A model generated the notes under the pieces. That model saw nothing but the letters and a program-made list of their open reading frames with translations. It searched no databases and had not been told where the DNA came from. Of a stretch of 64,000 nt of DNA, positions 29,831 through 40,647 are shown one piece after another. Origin of the DNA: Candidatus Latescibacterota bacterium (GTDB lineage Bacteria; Latescibacterota; UBA2968; GCA-2709665); the NCBI GenBank assembly GCA_963662665.2, contig CAXXJS010000032.1:33670-97669 (forward strand), given 5' to 3'. The position numbers and the translations under genes were made by a program. Position 1 is the first letter of the stretch, and every line of letters begins with the position of its first letter.

Positions 29831-30676
29831 CTATCCCTGACACAATTCCGCTATCATCGCCGCGTTTTCGCCGAGTTGATCGTTGAATTTCTGATACATC
29901 CCCACCAGAAGAATGTCGTTGGCCTTGATATTATTGAGGGTAAACGCGAACTCTTCGCGAATCTGCCTACTGGAGTTGATGGTGCGTCCTGCCGCGAGGA
30001 CCTTGAAAACGATGCAGGGTTTGGCCGTGTTCCTGATAATCCGGCACATACGGTCGCGATGTTCGCGGAGGTAGATTTCGCCGAGAGGCGGATACCCGAA
30101 TTTTCGTACGAACTCCTCCCGTGCGCCTTCCAGATAGTACAGCGCGGTCATGTAATAGTCGATGTCCCAGTCTTCTGCTTCGGCAATATCGATGAGACGG
30201 GGATTGTGGACCGACAGGCCGACAAGGGCCCCGGTGTTACGAATGCGCTTGAGGATATCACGAAGATGCCCGAGCCGATTCTCCTTGAGACACCGCCCTG
30301 CGACACCGCTTCCGTGGGGCGCCATTCCGATAGGATTGTGTCCGGCGGCTACGTCAATCTGTGAGGGGTCGTCATACCATAACCCGCCCGGGCTGAGGCA
30401 GAAGTAATGAATCGCACCTCCCTCGTCGCGGTATCTCTGAAGATCGGCGGCCGATCGTTCCGTCAGAGAATTCTGCCAGGCGTTGATGCCCACTTCTTCA
30501 GCGCGTCGCAGCGTCGCGATAACCTGATCCGATGTATTGGCTTCCTTCTGATGTCCCGAGAGTAACTGATTGAAATGTGAATAGCCATAGATCGGATTGT
30601 CGCCCATGATGAGCCGGCTGATCTGATATTGTCCGAACGGAACCCTGGGAAGATTCATCGCATTCAATGCGGCCAT
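29831..30676 (-). CDS. Conserved hypothetical protein, aldo/keto-reductase-like TIM barrel
   Basis: ISRLIMGDNP..GYSH, VGLSVH, KPCIVFKVLAAGR; RBS AAAGGAG before ATG 30676. Confidence 0.7.
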   Translation of the reverse strand: MAALNAMNLPRVPFGQYQISRLIMGDNPIYGYSHFNQLLSGHQKEANTSDQVIATLRRAEEVGINAWQNSLTERSAADLQRYRDEGGAIHYFCLSPGGLWYDDPSQIDVAAGHNPIGMAPHGSGVAGRCLKENRLGHLRDILKRIRNTGALVGLSVHNPRLIDIAEAEDWDIDYYMTALYYLEGAREEFVRKFGYPPLGEIYLREHRDRMCRIIRNTAKPCIVFKVLAAGRTINSSRQIREEFAFTLNNIKANDILLVGMYQKFNDQLGENAAMIAELCQG

Positions 30677-30764
30677 GTTGCCTCTCCTTTGCCCTGCTTG
30701 CAGCGATTGCCCCGATATCTTCAGGCGGCTCTCATCATCGATACGGTACCCGGATACAAGCCCC

Positions 30765-31832
30765 TCAATCAAAAACGAGCACCGTCCGCGCCACCTTCCC
30801 CTGAACCATGTCTGCGAACGCCTCGTTGATCTCGTCCAGAGGGCGATAGCGGGAAATCAACTCGTCCAACTTTATCTTGCCCTGACGATAGAGATCCAGA
30901 ATCCACAGAAAATCCACACGGGAGCGCGCAGCGCCGTGCCACGAACCCATCACGGCGCGGTCCTTCAACAGACTGTCGCCGTCAACGGATACATCCTGTC
31001 CGGTAGGCTGCACACCCACCACGACCGCGGTCCCGCTCGTACGGACCGATTCAAACGCCTGCCTGACCAGCGCGGGGAATCCAACGACCTCAAAGGCATA
31101 GTCCGCCCCTCCCCCTGTAATCTCCACGATTCGCCGAACGGGATCTTCCTTGTCGGCATCGACGACGTGCGTGGCGCCGAACTGTTCCGCCAACGCCAGT
31201 TTATACGGCACCTTGTCCACGGCGATTATCCTGGCGGCCGATGCAAGAACCCCGCCCTGGATTACGTTCAGGCCCACTCCGCCGCAGCCGAACACGGCCA
31301 TTGTGGCGCCCGCTTCCACCTGTGCGCGATTCACAACGGCGCCGATACCGGTTATGACCGCGCAGCTGATCAGACACGCTGTGCGAAGGTCCGTGTCATC
31401 GGGCACCTTCACGCACGCATCCGCTGAAACAATGGACTGTTCGGTATAGGTGGGCCTGTTGTGAAAATAGACCGTGCCGTTCCGGGAAATGCGACTCGGC
31501 AGCGCCCCTTGATGGGTCTCGCAGAGAGCCGGGCTGCCCTGGCTGCAATTCCGGCAATGGCCGCACATCGCGTCGAGAGAGAGAATAATCCTGTCGCCTT
31601 CGCGAACACTGCTCACGCCGGGCCCCACTTCACGGACGATTCCCGCGCCCTCGTGTCCCATTACCCAGGGGAGCGCGCGCGGCACAACGTGCCCGTCCAC
31701 CAGATGATAGTCGCTGTGACAAACGCCGGCACCCACGATATCGAGAAGCACTTCTCCGGCGCGAGGAGATGCGATATCGACGTCTTCGACGGAGACACGC
31801 GTCAGCGGTTCGTGGAGAATGGCAGCTTTCAT
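30765..31832 (-). CDS. Zn-dependent alcohol dehydrogenase (MDR family)
   Basis: GVCHSD, GHEGAG, CGHCRNC...C, VFGCGGVG. Confidence 0.95.
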   Translation of the reverse strand: MKAAILHEPLTRVSVEDVDIASPRAGEVLLDIVGAGVCHSDYHLVDGHVVPRALPWVMGHEGAGIVREVGPGVSSVREGDRIILSLDAMCGHCRNCSQGSPALCETHQGALPSRISRNGTVYFHNRPTYTEQSIVSADACVKVPDDTDLRTACLISCAVITGIGAVVNRAQVEAGATMAVFGCGGVGLNVIQGGVLASAARIIAVDKVPYKLALAEQFGATHVVDADKEDPVRRIVEITGGGADYAFEVVGFPALVRQAFESVRTSGTAVVVGVQPTGQDVSVDGDSLLKDRAVMGSWHGAARSRVDFLWILDLYRQGKIKLDELISRYRPLDEINEAFADMVQGKVARTVLVFD

Positions 31833-31940
31833 TTGTGTCTCCTGTCGTCAGGGCGCGGCGGCATGGAAGGCGTGTACACGGTTTGACGATTGCGGCGCCC
31901 GGAGGAGCGATTCGCGTTAAGCACCGCGGACGTTGTTCAC

Positions 31941-32519
31941 TCACCCATCCTCGATTCCGAGCCGAACCAGGATATCCGACCATCGTTTCGCGTGACTGTC
32001 GTGGGTATGAAGCGGCCGGAAACCGGCGGTGAGATAGCTCCTGACGGCCGCAATGCGCCAGTCGTCGGTGAGCAGGTGGGCCTGGCGGTAGCCCAGATCC
32101 TTGAGCCGGTGAAGCACGGCCGCGTTGACAAGGTGGCCCAGTCCCTTGCCCCGTTGGTTTTCAAGCACGGCAACCATGTGCACTTCCCCCACGAGGCGTT
32201 CGGTCATGTCAAGGCTCCAGGCGCATGCGGATCCGACCGGCCGGGAATCAATGGTGGCGAAAAAGAGGCTTTCCGGGTGGAAGCGAGGATCGTTAACGAG
32301 TTTCTTGCGGCATGTTTCGGGAGTCCAGTCCCGCCCCACGTTACCTTCCATGATCGCACACCACGCGGCTTCGTCTCCTGAACGGTAGGTCCGCAGTCCA
32401 TACCCGTCGGGGATGCGAATTGCGGGCAGATCTTTCAGCGAATCCCTCAGCATTTCGAGTTGCGGCATGGGCGGAGGCGGCGACTTGGCGTTCAATGTTG
32501 AAAGGATCCGGCGAAGCAT
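31941..32519 (-). CDS. GNAT family N-acetyltransferase
   Basis: VAVLENQRGKGLG motif A; AVRSYLTAGF motif B. Confidence 0.88.
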   Translation of the reverse strand: MLRRILSTLNAKSPPPPMPQLEMLRDSLKDLPAIRIPDGYGLRTYRSGDEAAWCAIMEGNVGRDWTPETCRKKLVNDPRFHPESLFFATIDSRPVGSACAWSLDMTERLVGEVHMVAVLENQRGKGLGHLVNAAVLHRLKDLGYRQAHLLTDDWRIAAVRSYLTAGFRPLHTHDSHAKRWSDILVRLGIEDG

Positions 32520-32824
32520 GGCTTGTTTCTCTCAGGAAATTCGAGGCGGGATCCGGGCGCAGACCGTATGGACTGTTTCAACGGCCCGTCAGAGGCGACA
32601 CCTGGAGAACGTGTTCGACGAATTTGAGATCGGCACGTCCCAATTCAATCATAATCCGTATTGAGCGACAATATGAGCGACGTCGCAGTCTGTGTCAACG
32701 GATATTCGCCCGTTCGAGCCGTGAGACGCCAGCCCGGATTCACGCGTTTCCAGTTTGATTTCCGCCCTCGGCCGGACCTCGAAATCGTGCGCTGAAATAT
32801 GCATATTAATTGTTCTGGAATGGC

Positions 32825-32853
32825 TTGACTTTTAACAACCCTTATGATATACT
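32825..32853 (+). promoter_or_regulatory. Sigma70-type promoter of the nuo cluster
   Basis: TTGACT-N17-TATACT with TGn extended -10. Confidence 0.75.
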
Positions 32854-32909
32854 ATCACCGCCGAAAAGCGGTCTTCGGAAGGAATGCCATTCCAGAACTG
32901 CTTTTTTAG

Positions 32910-33121
32910 CAGTCCGTTGATAAAGTCGTTCTGCAGGCGAGGCATGGTGTCCCGGAAATTTGTCACCATTCGGCAATCTATTTCCGCGACAGAACACTGC
33001 CATTGTGGCCGAAGACAAGGCGCGCAACCGAGTCGAATCGAGCGATTCGGCGAGGGAGCGCAACGTAGTATTGCGACCGCAAGGGCCGGCCGCAGCCCGG
33101 ATGGACTTTTTCAACGGGCTG
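32910..33121. mobile_element. MITE-like non-autonomous element (212 bp) in the nuoA leader
   Basis: Terminal inverted repeats CAGTCCGTTGATAAAGTC / GACTTTTTCAACGGGCTG; related copies at 23.0 and 56.7 kb. Confidence 0.75.
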
Positions 33122-33148
33122 TTTGCCCGCGAGAGGTCCAGGGACACG

Positions 33149-33514
33149 ATGCTGGTCGATTATCTTCCGATTGTTATTCTGATGGCAGTGGCCGTCGGGT
33201 TTGCAGCCGTCAGTTTAATTTTAACGCATCTGTTCGGACCCCACCGCCCCAATCCGGTCAAATTATCGCCGTATGAATCGGGTGTGCCTCCCGTAGGCGA
33301 TGCCAGGGTACGCTTTTCCATCAAGTTTTACGTTGTGGCGATGCTTTTCATTGTGTTCGATATCGAAGTCGTATTCTTATACCCCTGGGCCGTTGTCTTT
33401 AAGGATTTACTGGCCCAGGGGAGCTTTATTTTTACGGAAATGGTGGTGTTCCTCGGCGTTCTGGTTCTGGGCCTCGCCTACGTCTGGCGGAAGGGCGGGT
33501 TGGATTGGGAATGA
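33149..33514 (+). CDS. nuoA: NADH-quinone oxidoreductase subunit A
   Basis: KLSPYESG, FYVVAMLFIVFDIE, WRKGGLDWE. Confidence 0.97.
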   Translation: MLVDYLPIVILMAVAVGFAAVSLILTHLFGPHRPNPVKLSPYESGVPPVGDARVRFSIKFYVVAMLFIVFDIEVVFLYPWAVVFKDLLAQGSFIFTEMVVFLGVLVLGLAYVWRKGGLDWE

Positions 33515-33689
33515 AGAACGACGACACACGACATTGAAGGTCAAACCCACCCTCAACGGGGGGAGTTTCACGGCATTTTCGTTTGGCGGCACTAGAAACC
33601 CGGAATACGGCAAATTCAGTCCTTTGCGCCGTCGCGATTAGGACGGCCGGCGCGTCGTAAGAGTCGACCTTTAAAGATCGGGCAATTGC

Positions 33690-35462
33690 ATGTCCCCGGA
33701 ACAGAAAAACGGGACGCCGGCGGCTGAGGCTGCGGTTGGGAACCTGACATCGAAAAAGCTGCAGGAACGTTTCGGAGAAGACGTCCTCGAGGTTTCCGAA
33801 TTCTGCGGCGACTCGACGGCCGTTTGCGGTGCCAACCGTGTGTTGGAAATGCTCGCGTTTTTGAGGGACGAGCCGGATCTGGCATACGATCGTCTATCGG
33901 ATGTAACGGCGGTCGACTACTCCGAGTATCCGGGTCCTCTGCCGGATTCCCGGTTCAATGTAGTCTATCACCTGTATTCTCACCCGCACAACCGGCGGTT
34001 TCGGCTCAGGGCGAAGGTGGATGAAGACAGTTTCGGCATCCCGTCCGCATGCGGGCTGTGGAAAGGCGCCGAATGGCCGGAGCGGGAAACCTTCGATATG
34101 TTCGGCATCCGGTTCGAGGGACATCCGGATTTACGGCGCATTCTGATGCCGGTGAATTTCAGGCATTTCCCGCTGAGGAAAGACTACCCGCTCAACGGAC
34201 GAGGAGAGCGGGATATCATTGCACCCGAAGATCCCGGTTTCGAGGGCAATCCCTTCGAAAACGACGATGAATATGCCGACGATCCGCTGGCTTCGGAGCG
34301 GATGATCCTGAATCTGGGCCCTCAGCACCCGGCAACCCACGGGACCCTCAGGCTCACGCTCGAATTGGATGGCGAGCGCATCTCCAGGTGTCTTCCGGAC
34401 ATAGGATACCTGCATACCGGCTTCGAAAAGCTGGGGGAACACCACACCTATAATCAGTGGGTCACGGTGACCGACCGGATGAACTATCTTTCGCCGTTGT
34501 GCAATAACATCGGTTATGCGATGACGGTGGAAAAACTGATGGGCCTGGAAATCCCACCGCGCGCTACAGTCATACGCGTCATACTAGCGGAACTTTCGCG
34601 CATTGCGGACCATATGGTCTGGCTGGGCACGCACGCGCTGGATATCGGCGCGATGACGGTGTTCCTCTACACCTTCGAACAACGCGAACGCTTGTACGAT
34701 ATTTTCGAGGCTGTCACCGGCACGCGGCTGACCACGAGTTATACGCGGGTTGGCGGGTTGGGGTGGGACGTGCCGGACAACTTTCATGAACTGGTAACGG
34801 ATTTCACCGCGCAGTTCCCCAGGGCGGCCGCGGAGGTGGACAGGCTGCTGACCCGCAACAGGATCTGGATCGACCGCACCAAGGGAATCGGCGTGATTTC
34901 GGCCGAAGACGCAATTGCGTGGAATCTGACGGGGCCGATGGCGCGCGGGTCCGGCGTGAATTACGATTTGCGTAAGGCCGAACCTTACATGGGTTACGAG
35001 GCCTTTGATTTTGAGGTCCCCGTGGGCGAAAAGGGCGATGTCTACGACCGGTACCTGGTCCGGATGGAGGAGTTGAACCAGAGCGTCCGGATCATCGAAC
35101 AGGCCGTGAACAATCTGCCCCAGGGCGCCGTAAAGGTCGACGACGCCAAGGTGATTCTGCCGGAGAAGGACGAAGTTTACACCGGTATGGAGTCGCTCAT
35201 CCACCATTTCAAGGTAACAATGGACAATCACGGTATAGCGCCGCCCCCCGGAGAAATATACCTGGCTACGGAGGGTCCCAACGGTGAATTGGGTTTCTAT
35301 ATCGTCAGCGACGGTAGCGGGGCCGCTTACCGGCTGAGGGTAAGGCCCCCGTCATTTATGAATTACCAGTGTTTTCCGCAACTGGCGAACGGACATATGG
35401 TGGCCGACGTGGTGGCCATTCTGGGAAGCATAAATGTCATCGCGGGCGAACTGGATCGATAA
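33690..35462 (+). CDS. nuoCD: NADH-quinone oxidoreductase fused subunit C/D
   Basis: Nuo[32 protein letters not shown] fused to Nuo[16 protein letters not shown]...GELDR. Confidence 0.96.
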   Translation: MSPEQKNGTPAAEAAVGNLTSKKLQERFGEDVLEVSEFCGDSTAVCGANRVLEMLAFLRDEPDLAYDRLSDVTAVDYSEYPGPLPDSRFNVVYHLYSHPHNRRFRLRAKVDEDSFGIPSACGLWKGAEWPERETFDMFGIRFEGHPDLRRILMPVNFRHFPLRKDYPLNGRGERDIIAPEDPGFEGNPFENDDEYADDPLASERMILNLGPQHPATHGTLRLTLELDGERISRCLPDIGYLHTGFEKLGEHHTYNQWVTVTDRMNYLSPLCNNIGYAMTVEKLMGLEIPPRATVIRVILAELSRIADHMVWLGTHALDIGAMTVFLYTFEQRERLYDIFEAVTGTRLTTSYTRVGGLGWDVPDNFHELVTDFTAQFPRAAAEVDRLLTRNRIWIDRTKGIGVISAEDAIAWNLTGPMARGSGVNYDLRKAEPYMGYEAFDFEVPVGEKGDVYDRYLVRMEELNQSVRIIEQAVNNLPQGAVKVDDAKVILPEKDEVYTGMESLIHHFKVTMDNHGIAPPPGEIYLATEGPNGELGFYIVSDGSGAAYRLRVRPPSFMNYQCFPQLANGHMVADVVAILGSINVIAGELDR

Positions 35463-35509
35463 GCGGCGTTTACGCGATTCGCAGTCTCACGTTCCGGGAA
35501 TATTTCAAT

Positions 35510-35989
35510 ATGGCAATCGCGCTCTCTGAACAGACGCGAAAGAAGTGCGACGAAATTCTCACGCACTATCCGGAGGAATGGCGCAAGGCGGCAATCCTTC
35601 CCGTTCTGCATCTGGCTCAAAAGGAGTGGGGGTATATCTCCCTTGAAGGACTGAGGTACGTCGCCGACATGCTGGAAATTCCGCCCGCCCACGCCGCCGG
35701 CGTCATGAGTTTCTATCCCATGTTCCACAAGGCGCCCGTGGGAAAATATGTTATTCATGTGTGCGGTACGCTGTCCTGCGCGCTCTGCGGGGCCGGGGAA
35801 CTTACGAAATACCTCAAGGAAAAGCTGAATATCGACGTGGGTGAAACCACAGAGGACGGACGGTTCACGCTGGCAAAGGTGGAGTGCATCGCCGCGTGTG
35901 AAAGCGCACCGGCCGTTCTGATCAATGAAGAACTGCATCGTTGCGTGACTCGGGAAAGGCTGGACGAGCTGCTGGACCTGTCCACGTGA
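35510..35989 (+). CDS. nuoE: NADH-quinone oxidoreductase subunit E
   Basis: CGTLSC...ECIAAC [2Fe-2S] motif. Confidence 0.95.
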   Translation: MAIALSEQTRKKCDEILTHYPEEWRKAAILPVLHLAQKEWGYISLEGLRYVADMLEIPPAHAAGVMSFYPMFHKAPVGKYVIHVCGTLSCALCGAGELTKYLKEKLNIDVGETTEDGRFTLAKVECIAACESAPAVLINEELHRCVTRERLDELLDLST

Positions 35990-36009
35990 CACAATCGATT
36001 AAAGCGCGT

Positions 36010-37347
36010 ATGCCTGAAGAATACAAAATCATCACCGGACTTTTCGGCGTCGAAGGCCTCCGGAATATAGACGTCTACAGGGCCCATGGCGGATATGCAG
36101 CCATTGAGAAGGCCTTTGGAATGTCGCAAGACGAGGTAATTGACGAGGTAAGGGAGTCGTCACTTGCCGGACGGGGAGGCGCATGGTTTCCGGCCGGAGT
36201 CAAATGGGGGTTCATGCCGAAGGAACCCGGGGAGCCCAGCTATCTCTGTGTGAATGCCGACGAGAGCGAGCCGGGCACGTTCAAGGACCGGCACCTGATG
36301 GAGCAGAATCCGCATCAGATGCTCGAGGGTGCCATCATCGCATCCTACGCGATGCGGGTGAGCGTGGCATACGTCTATATCCGCGGCGAAATGTTCGAAG
36401 CCAGGAAAATCGTGGAACAGGCGATCGCCGAAGCGCGGGAGGCGGGATACATCGGCCGGGACATTCTGGGCTCGGGCTACGACCTGGAGGTCTATACCCA
36501 TCCCGGTGCGGGAGCCTATATCTGCGGCGAGGAAATGGGCCTGATCCAGTCTCTTAACGGCAACCGCGCCGAGCCGCGCGCAAAACCGCCGTTTCCCGCC
36601 CAGCAGGGCGTTTTCGAGCTGCCCACCACGGTGAACAACGTGCAGACGCTGTCATACGTGCCCCATATCCTGAACCGGGGCGCGGACTGGTTCAAAGGAA
36701 TCGGAAGCGAACGGTTTCCGGGTACGTTCATTTTCTGCGTGAGCGGGCACGTGAATAATCCGGGCATGTTCGAACTGGAAACCGGCGCCGCCACAATGCG
36801 CCAGATTGTGGAGGATTTCGCGGGCGGGGTGCGCAACGGGCGTCAATTGAAAGCGGTGATTCCGGGCGGAGCGTCAACGCCGCCGATGACGCCCGACCAG
36901 ATCGATATTGTGTTGGATCCGTCGAATTTCCTGGCGCCGGGCGGCGGCGACTTCCAGGGGATGTTCGGCACGGGCGGGATCATCGTGATGGACGAAACAA
37001 CGTGCATGGTCGACGCGTTGTTGAATTTCATGGTCTTTTTCGCCCACGAGTCCTGTGGCCAATGTACGCCATGCCGTGAGGGATGCCCCTGGGCGCGCGA
37101 TATTGTCTCGCGTATTGAAAATGGTCGGGCGAAACCGGACGACCTGGATACACTGCTTGACGTCGCCCATAATGTCGGGCCGTTTATGTGCCCGCCTTCG
37201 AGGCTGACAACCATATGCGGCTTCGGCGGGGCCTTTGCGAATCCGATCCACGGATTTGTACAGACGTTCCGCAGCGAGTTCGAGGCCCACATAGAAGAAG
37301 GAAGATGCCCCATTCACCAGGACAAATCCATACGGGTACCGGGGTAA
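36010..37347 (+). CDS. nuoF: NADH-quinone oxidoreductase subunit F
   Basis: GRGGA, NADESEPGTFKDR, GAGAYICGEE, KPPFPA, ESCGQCTPCREG. Confidence 0.96.
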   Translation: MPEEYKIITGLFGVEGLRNIDVYRAHGGYAAIEKAFGMSQDEVIDEVRESSLAGRGGAWFPAGVKWGFMPKEPGEPSYLCVNADESEPGTFKDRHLMEQNPHQMLEGAIIASYAMRVSVAYVYIRGEMFEARKIVEQAIAEAREAGYIGRDILGSGYDLEVYTHPGAGAYICGEEMGLIQSLNGNRAEPRAKPPFPAQQGVFELPTTVNNVQTLSYVPHILNRGADWFKGIGSERFPGTFIFCVSGHVNNPGMFELETGAATMRQIVEDFAGGVRNGRQLKAVIPGGASTPPMTPDQIDIVLDPSNFLAPGGGDFQGMFGTGGIIVMDETTCMVDALLNFMVFFAHESCGQCTPCREGCPWARDIVSRIENGRAKPDDLDTLLDVAHNVGPFMCPPSRLTTICGFGGAFANPIHGFVQTFRSEFEAHIEEGRCPIHQDKSIRVPG

Positions 37348-37354
37348 ACCAAGG

Positions 37355-38971
37355 ATGCCTACATTCAACATAGATGGCAGTGAAGTCGAGATCGTGCCTG
37401 GAAAGAATGTGCTTCAAACCGCGATCGACAACGGGATATACGTTCCTCATTATTGCTACCACCCGGGGTTGAGCGCACCCGCGAACTGCCGCATGTGCCT
37501 TGTGGAGACCGAGATGGGAGGCCGTCGCAGTCTCGGACCTTCCTGCTCGATCATGCCCGCGGAAGGTATGGTTGTGGATACGCAGTCGGACGTCGTAAAA
37601 GAGAACCAGAGTGCCGTGATGGAATTCCTTCTGGTGAATCATCCCCTGGACTGTCCGGTGTGCGATCAGTCCGGCGAGTGCGAACTGCAGGATTACAGCT
37701 ATACCTATGGTTCCGACAGGAGCCGGTTCCACGAGAAGAAGCTGGTGCAGCCCAAGAAAGATATCGGCAGGCACGTGCTGCTGTATTCCGACCGGTGCAT
37801 CCGGTGTACCCGCTGTATCCGGTTCTGCGACGAGATTTCGGGCACGGGTGAACTGGGGTACTTCAATCGGGGGGTCTATAACGAAATCGACGTGTTTCCC
37901 GGGGCCCGGATGGACAATCGCCTGTCGGGCAATACCGTGGATATCTGTCCGGTAGGCGCGCTGCTGGATAAGTCCTTTCTTTTCAAGCAGCGCGTTTGGT
38001 TTCTTAAATCGGTCGACACGATCTGCCCGGGATGCAGCACGGGCTGCAATATCCGGGCCGATTACAACAATGAACGGATCTACCGGCTGGTGCCGCGTCA
38101 GAATCCGGACGTAAACGAGTACTGGATGTGCGACGACGGCCGCCACGGCTGGGGCTATGTACATGGTGAGGACCGCCTGTTGTTTCCCATGCTGGGGCGC
38201 GGCGATGAGCAGGAACTGGCGTTGTGGGAGGTTGCGCTGGACGCGGCGAAGGAGGGATTCGAACGCGTTCGGGCGGAATACGGCAACGGCGCGGTGGCGG
38301 GGATCGCGTCCGCGCATCTGACCAACGAAGAGCATTATCTGTTCGGCACCCTCTTCCAGAGCGGGCTGGCTGGCGGTCCCGTCGCGGTCCGTACCAGGGT
38401 CAGCGACGAGGGCGACGTGGTGTTCAAGGGCGGATTCACCATCCACGCGGATAAGTCTCCGAATACGCGCGGCGCGCGGACGATACTTTCGGGGTTAGGG
38501 TTATCTCCAACGGAGACGTCGGAGATCTGGCGCGGCGTGGCGGAAGGTCGGATCAAGGGTCTCTATCTCCTGGGCGGCGATCCCCTGGAGTCGATGTCGG
38601 ACGCGGAGCGGGCCGCCCTCGGATCCCTTGATTTTCTGGTTGTTCAGGATGTCCGGGCCCACAGTTGGACCGCGATGGCGGACGTTATCCTGCCGGGCGC
38701 GGCGTTCATCGAAAAGGACGGTACGTTTACAAACGTCGACGGACGGGTGCAGCGGATACGGCAGGGCCTGGCGCCCGTCGGCGACGCGAGGGCGGACTGG
38801 GAGATCCTGCGGGACGTCAATCGGGTCCTGGGGGGCACGGCCGCTCAGACCGGTATCGAGGAAATCTGGGCCGACATGGCGAATACCATCGCGGCGTTCA
38901 AGGAGATTGACTGCAACGAGGTTGGAGATCAGGGCAGTCCGTTCGTTGAAATCGAGACAGCCGGTGCGTAG
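37355..38971 (+). CDS. nuoG: NADH-quinone oxidoreductase subunit G (short form)
   Basis: CYHP..CRMC, HPLDCPVCDQSGEC, CIRCTRC, CPVGAL, CPGCSTGC. Confidence 0.93.
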   Translation: MPTFNIDGSEVEIVPGKNVLQTAIDNGIYVPHYCYHPGLSAPANCRMCLVETEMGGRRSLGPSCSIMPAEGMVVDTQSDVVKENQSAVMEFLLVNHPLDCPVCDQSGECELQDYSYTYGSDRSRFHEKKLVQPKKDIGRHVLLYSDRCIRCTRCIRFCDEISGTGELGYFNRGVYNEIDVFPGARMDNRLSGNTVDICPVGALLDKSFLFKQRVWFLKSVDTICPGCSTGCNIRADYNNERIYRLVPRQNPDVNEYWMCDDGRHGWGYVHGEDRLLFPMLGRGDEQELALWEVALDAAKEGFERVRAEYGNGAVAGIASAHLTNEEHYLFGTLFQSGLAGGPVAVRTRVSDEGDVVFKGGFTIHADKSPNTRGARTILSGLGLSPTETSEIWRGVAEGRIKGLYLLGGDPLESMSDAERAALGSLDFLVVQDVRAHSWTAMADVILPGAAFIEKDGTFTNVDGRVQRIRQGLAPVGDARADWEILRDVNRVLGGTAAQTGIEEIWADMANTIAAFKEIDCNEVGDQGSPFVEIETAGA

Positions 38972-38979
38972 GCGCACTT

Positions 38980-40020
38980 ATGGATTACGCGTTTGAGAGT
39001 GCCATCAAGATCATTGTCGTATTCGCCGGGATTCTGGGCGGGGTAGCCTATCTCGTCCTGGCCGAGCGCAAGATCAGCGCGTATATCCAGAACCGTCTGG
39101 GTCCGAACCGGGTGGGACCGTGGGGATTGCTTCAGCCTCTCGCCGACGGTCTCAAGTTCCTGTTCAAAGAAGATGTGATTCCCCGGCATGTGAACCGGTT
39201 CGTGTATCTGGCCGCACCACCGGCGATTCTCGTCCCCGCGTTGATGGGATTTGCCATTGTGCCGTTCGGCGATACCATTACCCTGTGGGACCACGAAGTC
39301 AGGCTGCAGATCGCCGATGTGAATATCGGCATCCTTTACCTTCTGGCACTGGCCTCCCTGGGCGTCTACGGTGTGGTGCTGGGCGGGTGGGCGTCCAACA
39401 ACAAGTATGCCCTGCTGGGCGGGCTGCGGGCAGCCGCTCAGATGATCAGCTACGAGCTGGCGCTGGGGCTGTCGCTGGTTGGCGTCCTGATGGCGGCCGG
39501 CACCCTGCAACTGGATGAAATCGTCAGGCAGCAGTCGGAACAGACGCTGTTCGGATTTTTACCGGGATGGAACGTGTTCACACAGCCCCTCGGGTTCGTG
39601 TTGTTCACCGTGGCCGCGTTCGCCGAGAGCAACCGGCTGCCGTTCGATCTGCCGGAATCCGAACAGGAACTGGTGGCCGGATATCACGCCGAGTACAGCA
39701 GTATGAAGTTCGCCATGTTTTTCATGGCCGAGTACGCCCACATGATAACGGCGTCCGCCGTCATCGCGACACTGTTCTTCGGCGGCTGGCATATGCCCTG
39801 GCTGGTGGATCCCGGGAGTACAACGATCGGCGCCAGTCTGCTCAAAGTGCTCGCGTTTCTGGTCAAGACCGGATTCTTCATGTTCCTGTTCCTGTGGGTG
39901 CGCTGGACCCTTCCGCGTTTTCGATACGATCAGGTGATGTGGTTGGGGTGGAAGGTGCTGCTGCCGCTGGCGCTTCTGAACGTCTTCTTAACCGGGTTGT
40001 TTTTGACGCTTACGTACTGA
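38980..40020 (+). CDS. nuoH: NADH-quinone oxidoreductase subunit H
   Basis: ERK..Q.RLGPNRVG, AQMISYE, AESNRLPFDLPE, LPRFRYDQ. Confidence 0.97.
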   Translation: MDYAFESAIKIIVVFAGILGGVAYLVLAERKISAYIQNRLGPNRVGPWGLLQPLADGLKFLFKEDVIPRHVNRFVYLAAPPAILVPALMGFAIVPFGDTITLWDHEVRLQIADVNIGILYLLALASLGVYGVVLGGWASNNKYALLGGLRAAAQMISYELALGLSLVGVLMAAGTLQLDEIVRQQSEQTLFGFLPGWNVFTQPLGFVLFTVAAFAESNRLPFDLPESEQELVAGYHAEYSSMKFAMFFMAEYAHMITASAVIATLFFGGWHMPWLVDPGSTTIGASLLKVLAFLVKTGFFMFLFLWVRWTLPRFRYDQVMWLGWKVLLPLALLNVFLTGLFLTLTY

Positions 40021-40042
40021 ACGGCGCCCTGCCGGAGGGAGA

Positions 40043-40570
40043 ATGGAGCAGATCTTCTTTTTTATTCTTGCCGCAGTCGCCCTGGTTGCGTCAGTTCTCC
40101 TGGTGGCGTTTCGAAATCCGGTTTACAGTGCCCTGTCCCTTGTGGCCGCGTTCTTTGCCCTGGCAGGGCTTTTTGTTTTGCTCAACGCCTATTTCCTGGC
40201 GGCGGTTCAGATAATCGTGTATGCCGGCGCAATTATGGTACTCTTCCTGTTCGTGATTATGCTTCTGAACCTGGGTCATTCCAACGCGCTCGAGCAACTC
40301 GCGGGTAAATACCGGCGGGTCGCCGTGGTACTGTTGTCGGCGGTATTGGTTACGCAACTGGGCTTCATGGCAGGACGGCATTGGGCGGGCACACCGGCAT
40401 CCGAAGACGTGCCGTTGTTTACAGACAACATCAATGCCATCGGCAAACTGCTATATACCAGATTTCTGTTTCCCTTCGAAGTGGTCTCCGTGATTCTGCT
40501 GGTGGCATTGATCGGGGTGATGGCGATGGTGAAACGGGATCGCGAAGGCGAAGAGAGCCAACCGCGCTAG
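40043..40570 (+). CDS. nuoJ: NADH-quinone oxidoreductase subunit J
   Basis: [30 protein letters not shown]. Confidence 0.96.
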   Translation: MEQIFFFILAAVALVASVLLVAFRNPVYSALSLVAAFFALAGLFVLLNAYFLAAVQIIVYAGAIMVLFLFVIMLLNLGHSNALEQLAGKYRRVAVVLLSAVLVTQLGFMAGRHWAGTPASEDVPLFTDNINAIGKLLYTRFLFPFEVVSVILLVALIGVMAMVKRDREGEESQPR

Positions 40571-40647
40571 ATTTCCACGCGCAGTCTAACCTTCCGGTTT
40601 TCGTCATTGAGACGGATTCGGGATGGGTCCTTAAAATTGAGATCGAG

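Noticed and set aside
32960-33148. Long N-terminal extension of NuoA
   Set aside because: Reading frame runs through the MITE; NuoA similarity begins at ATG 33149
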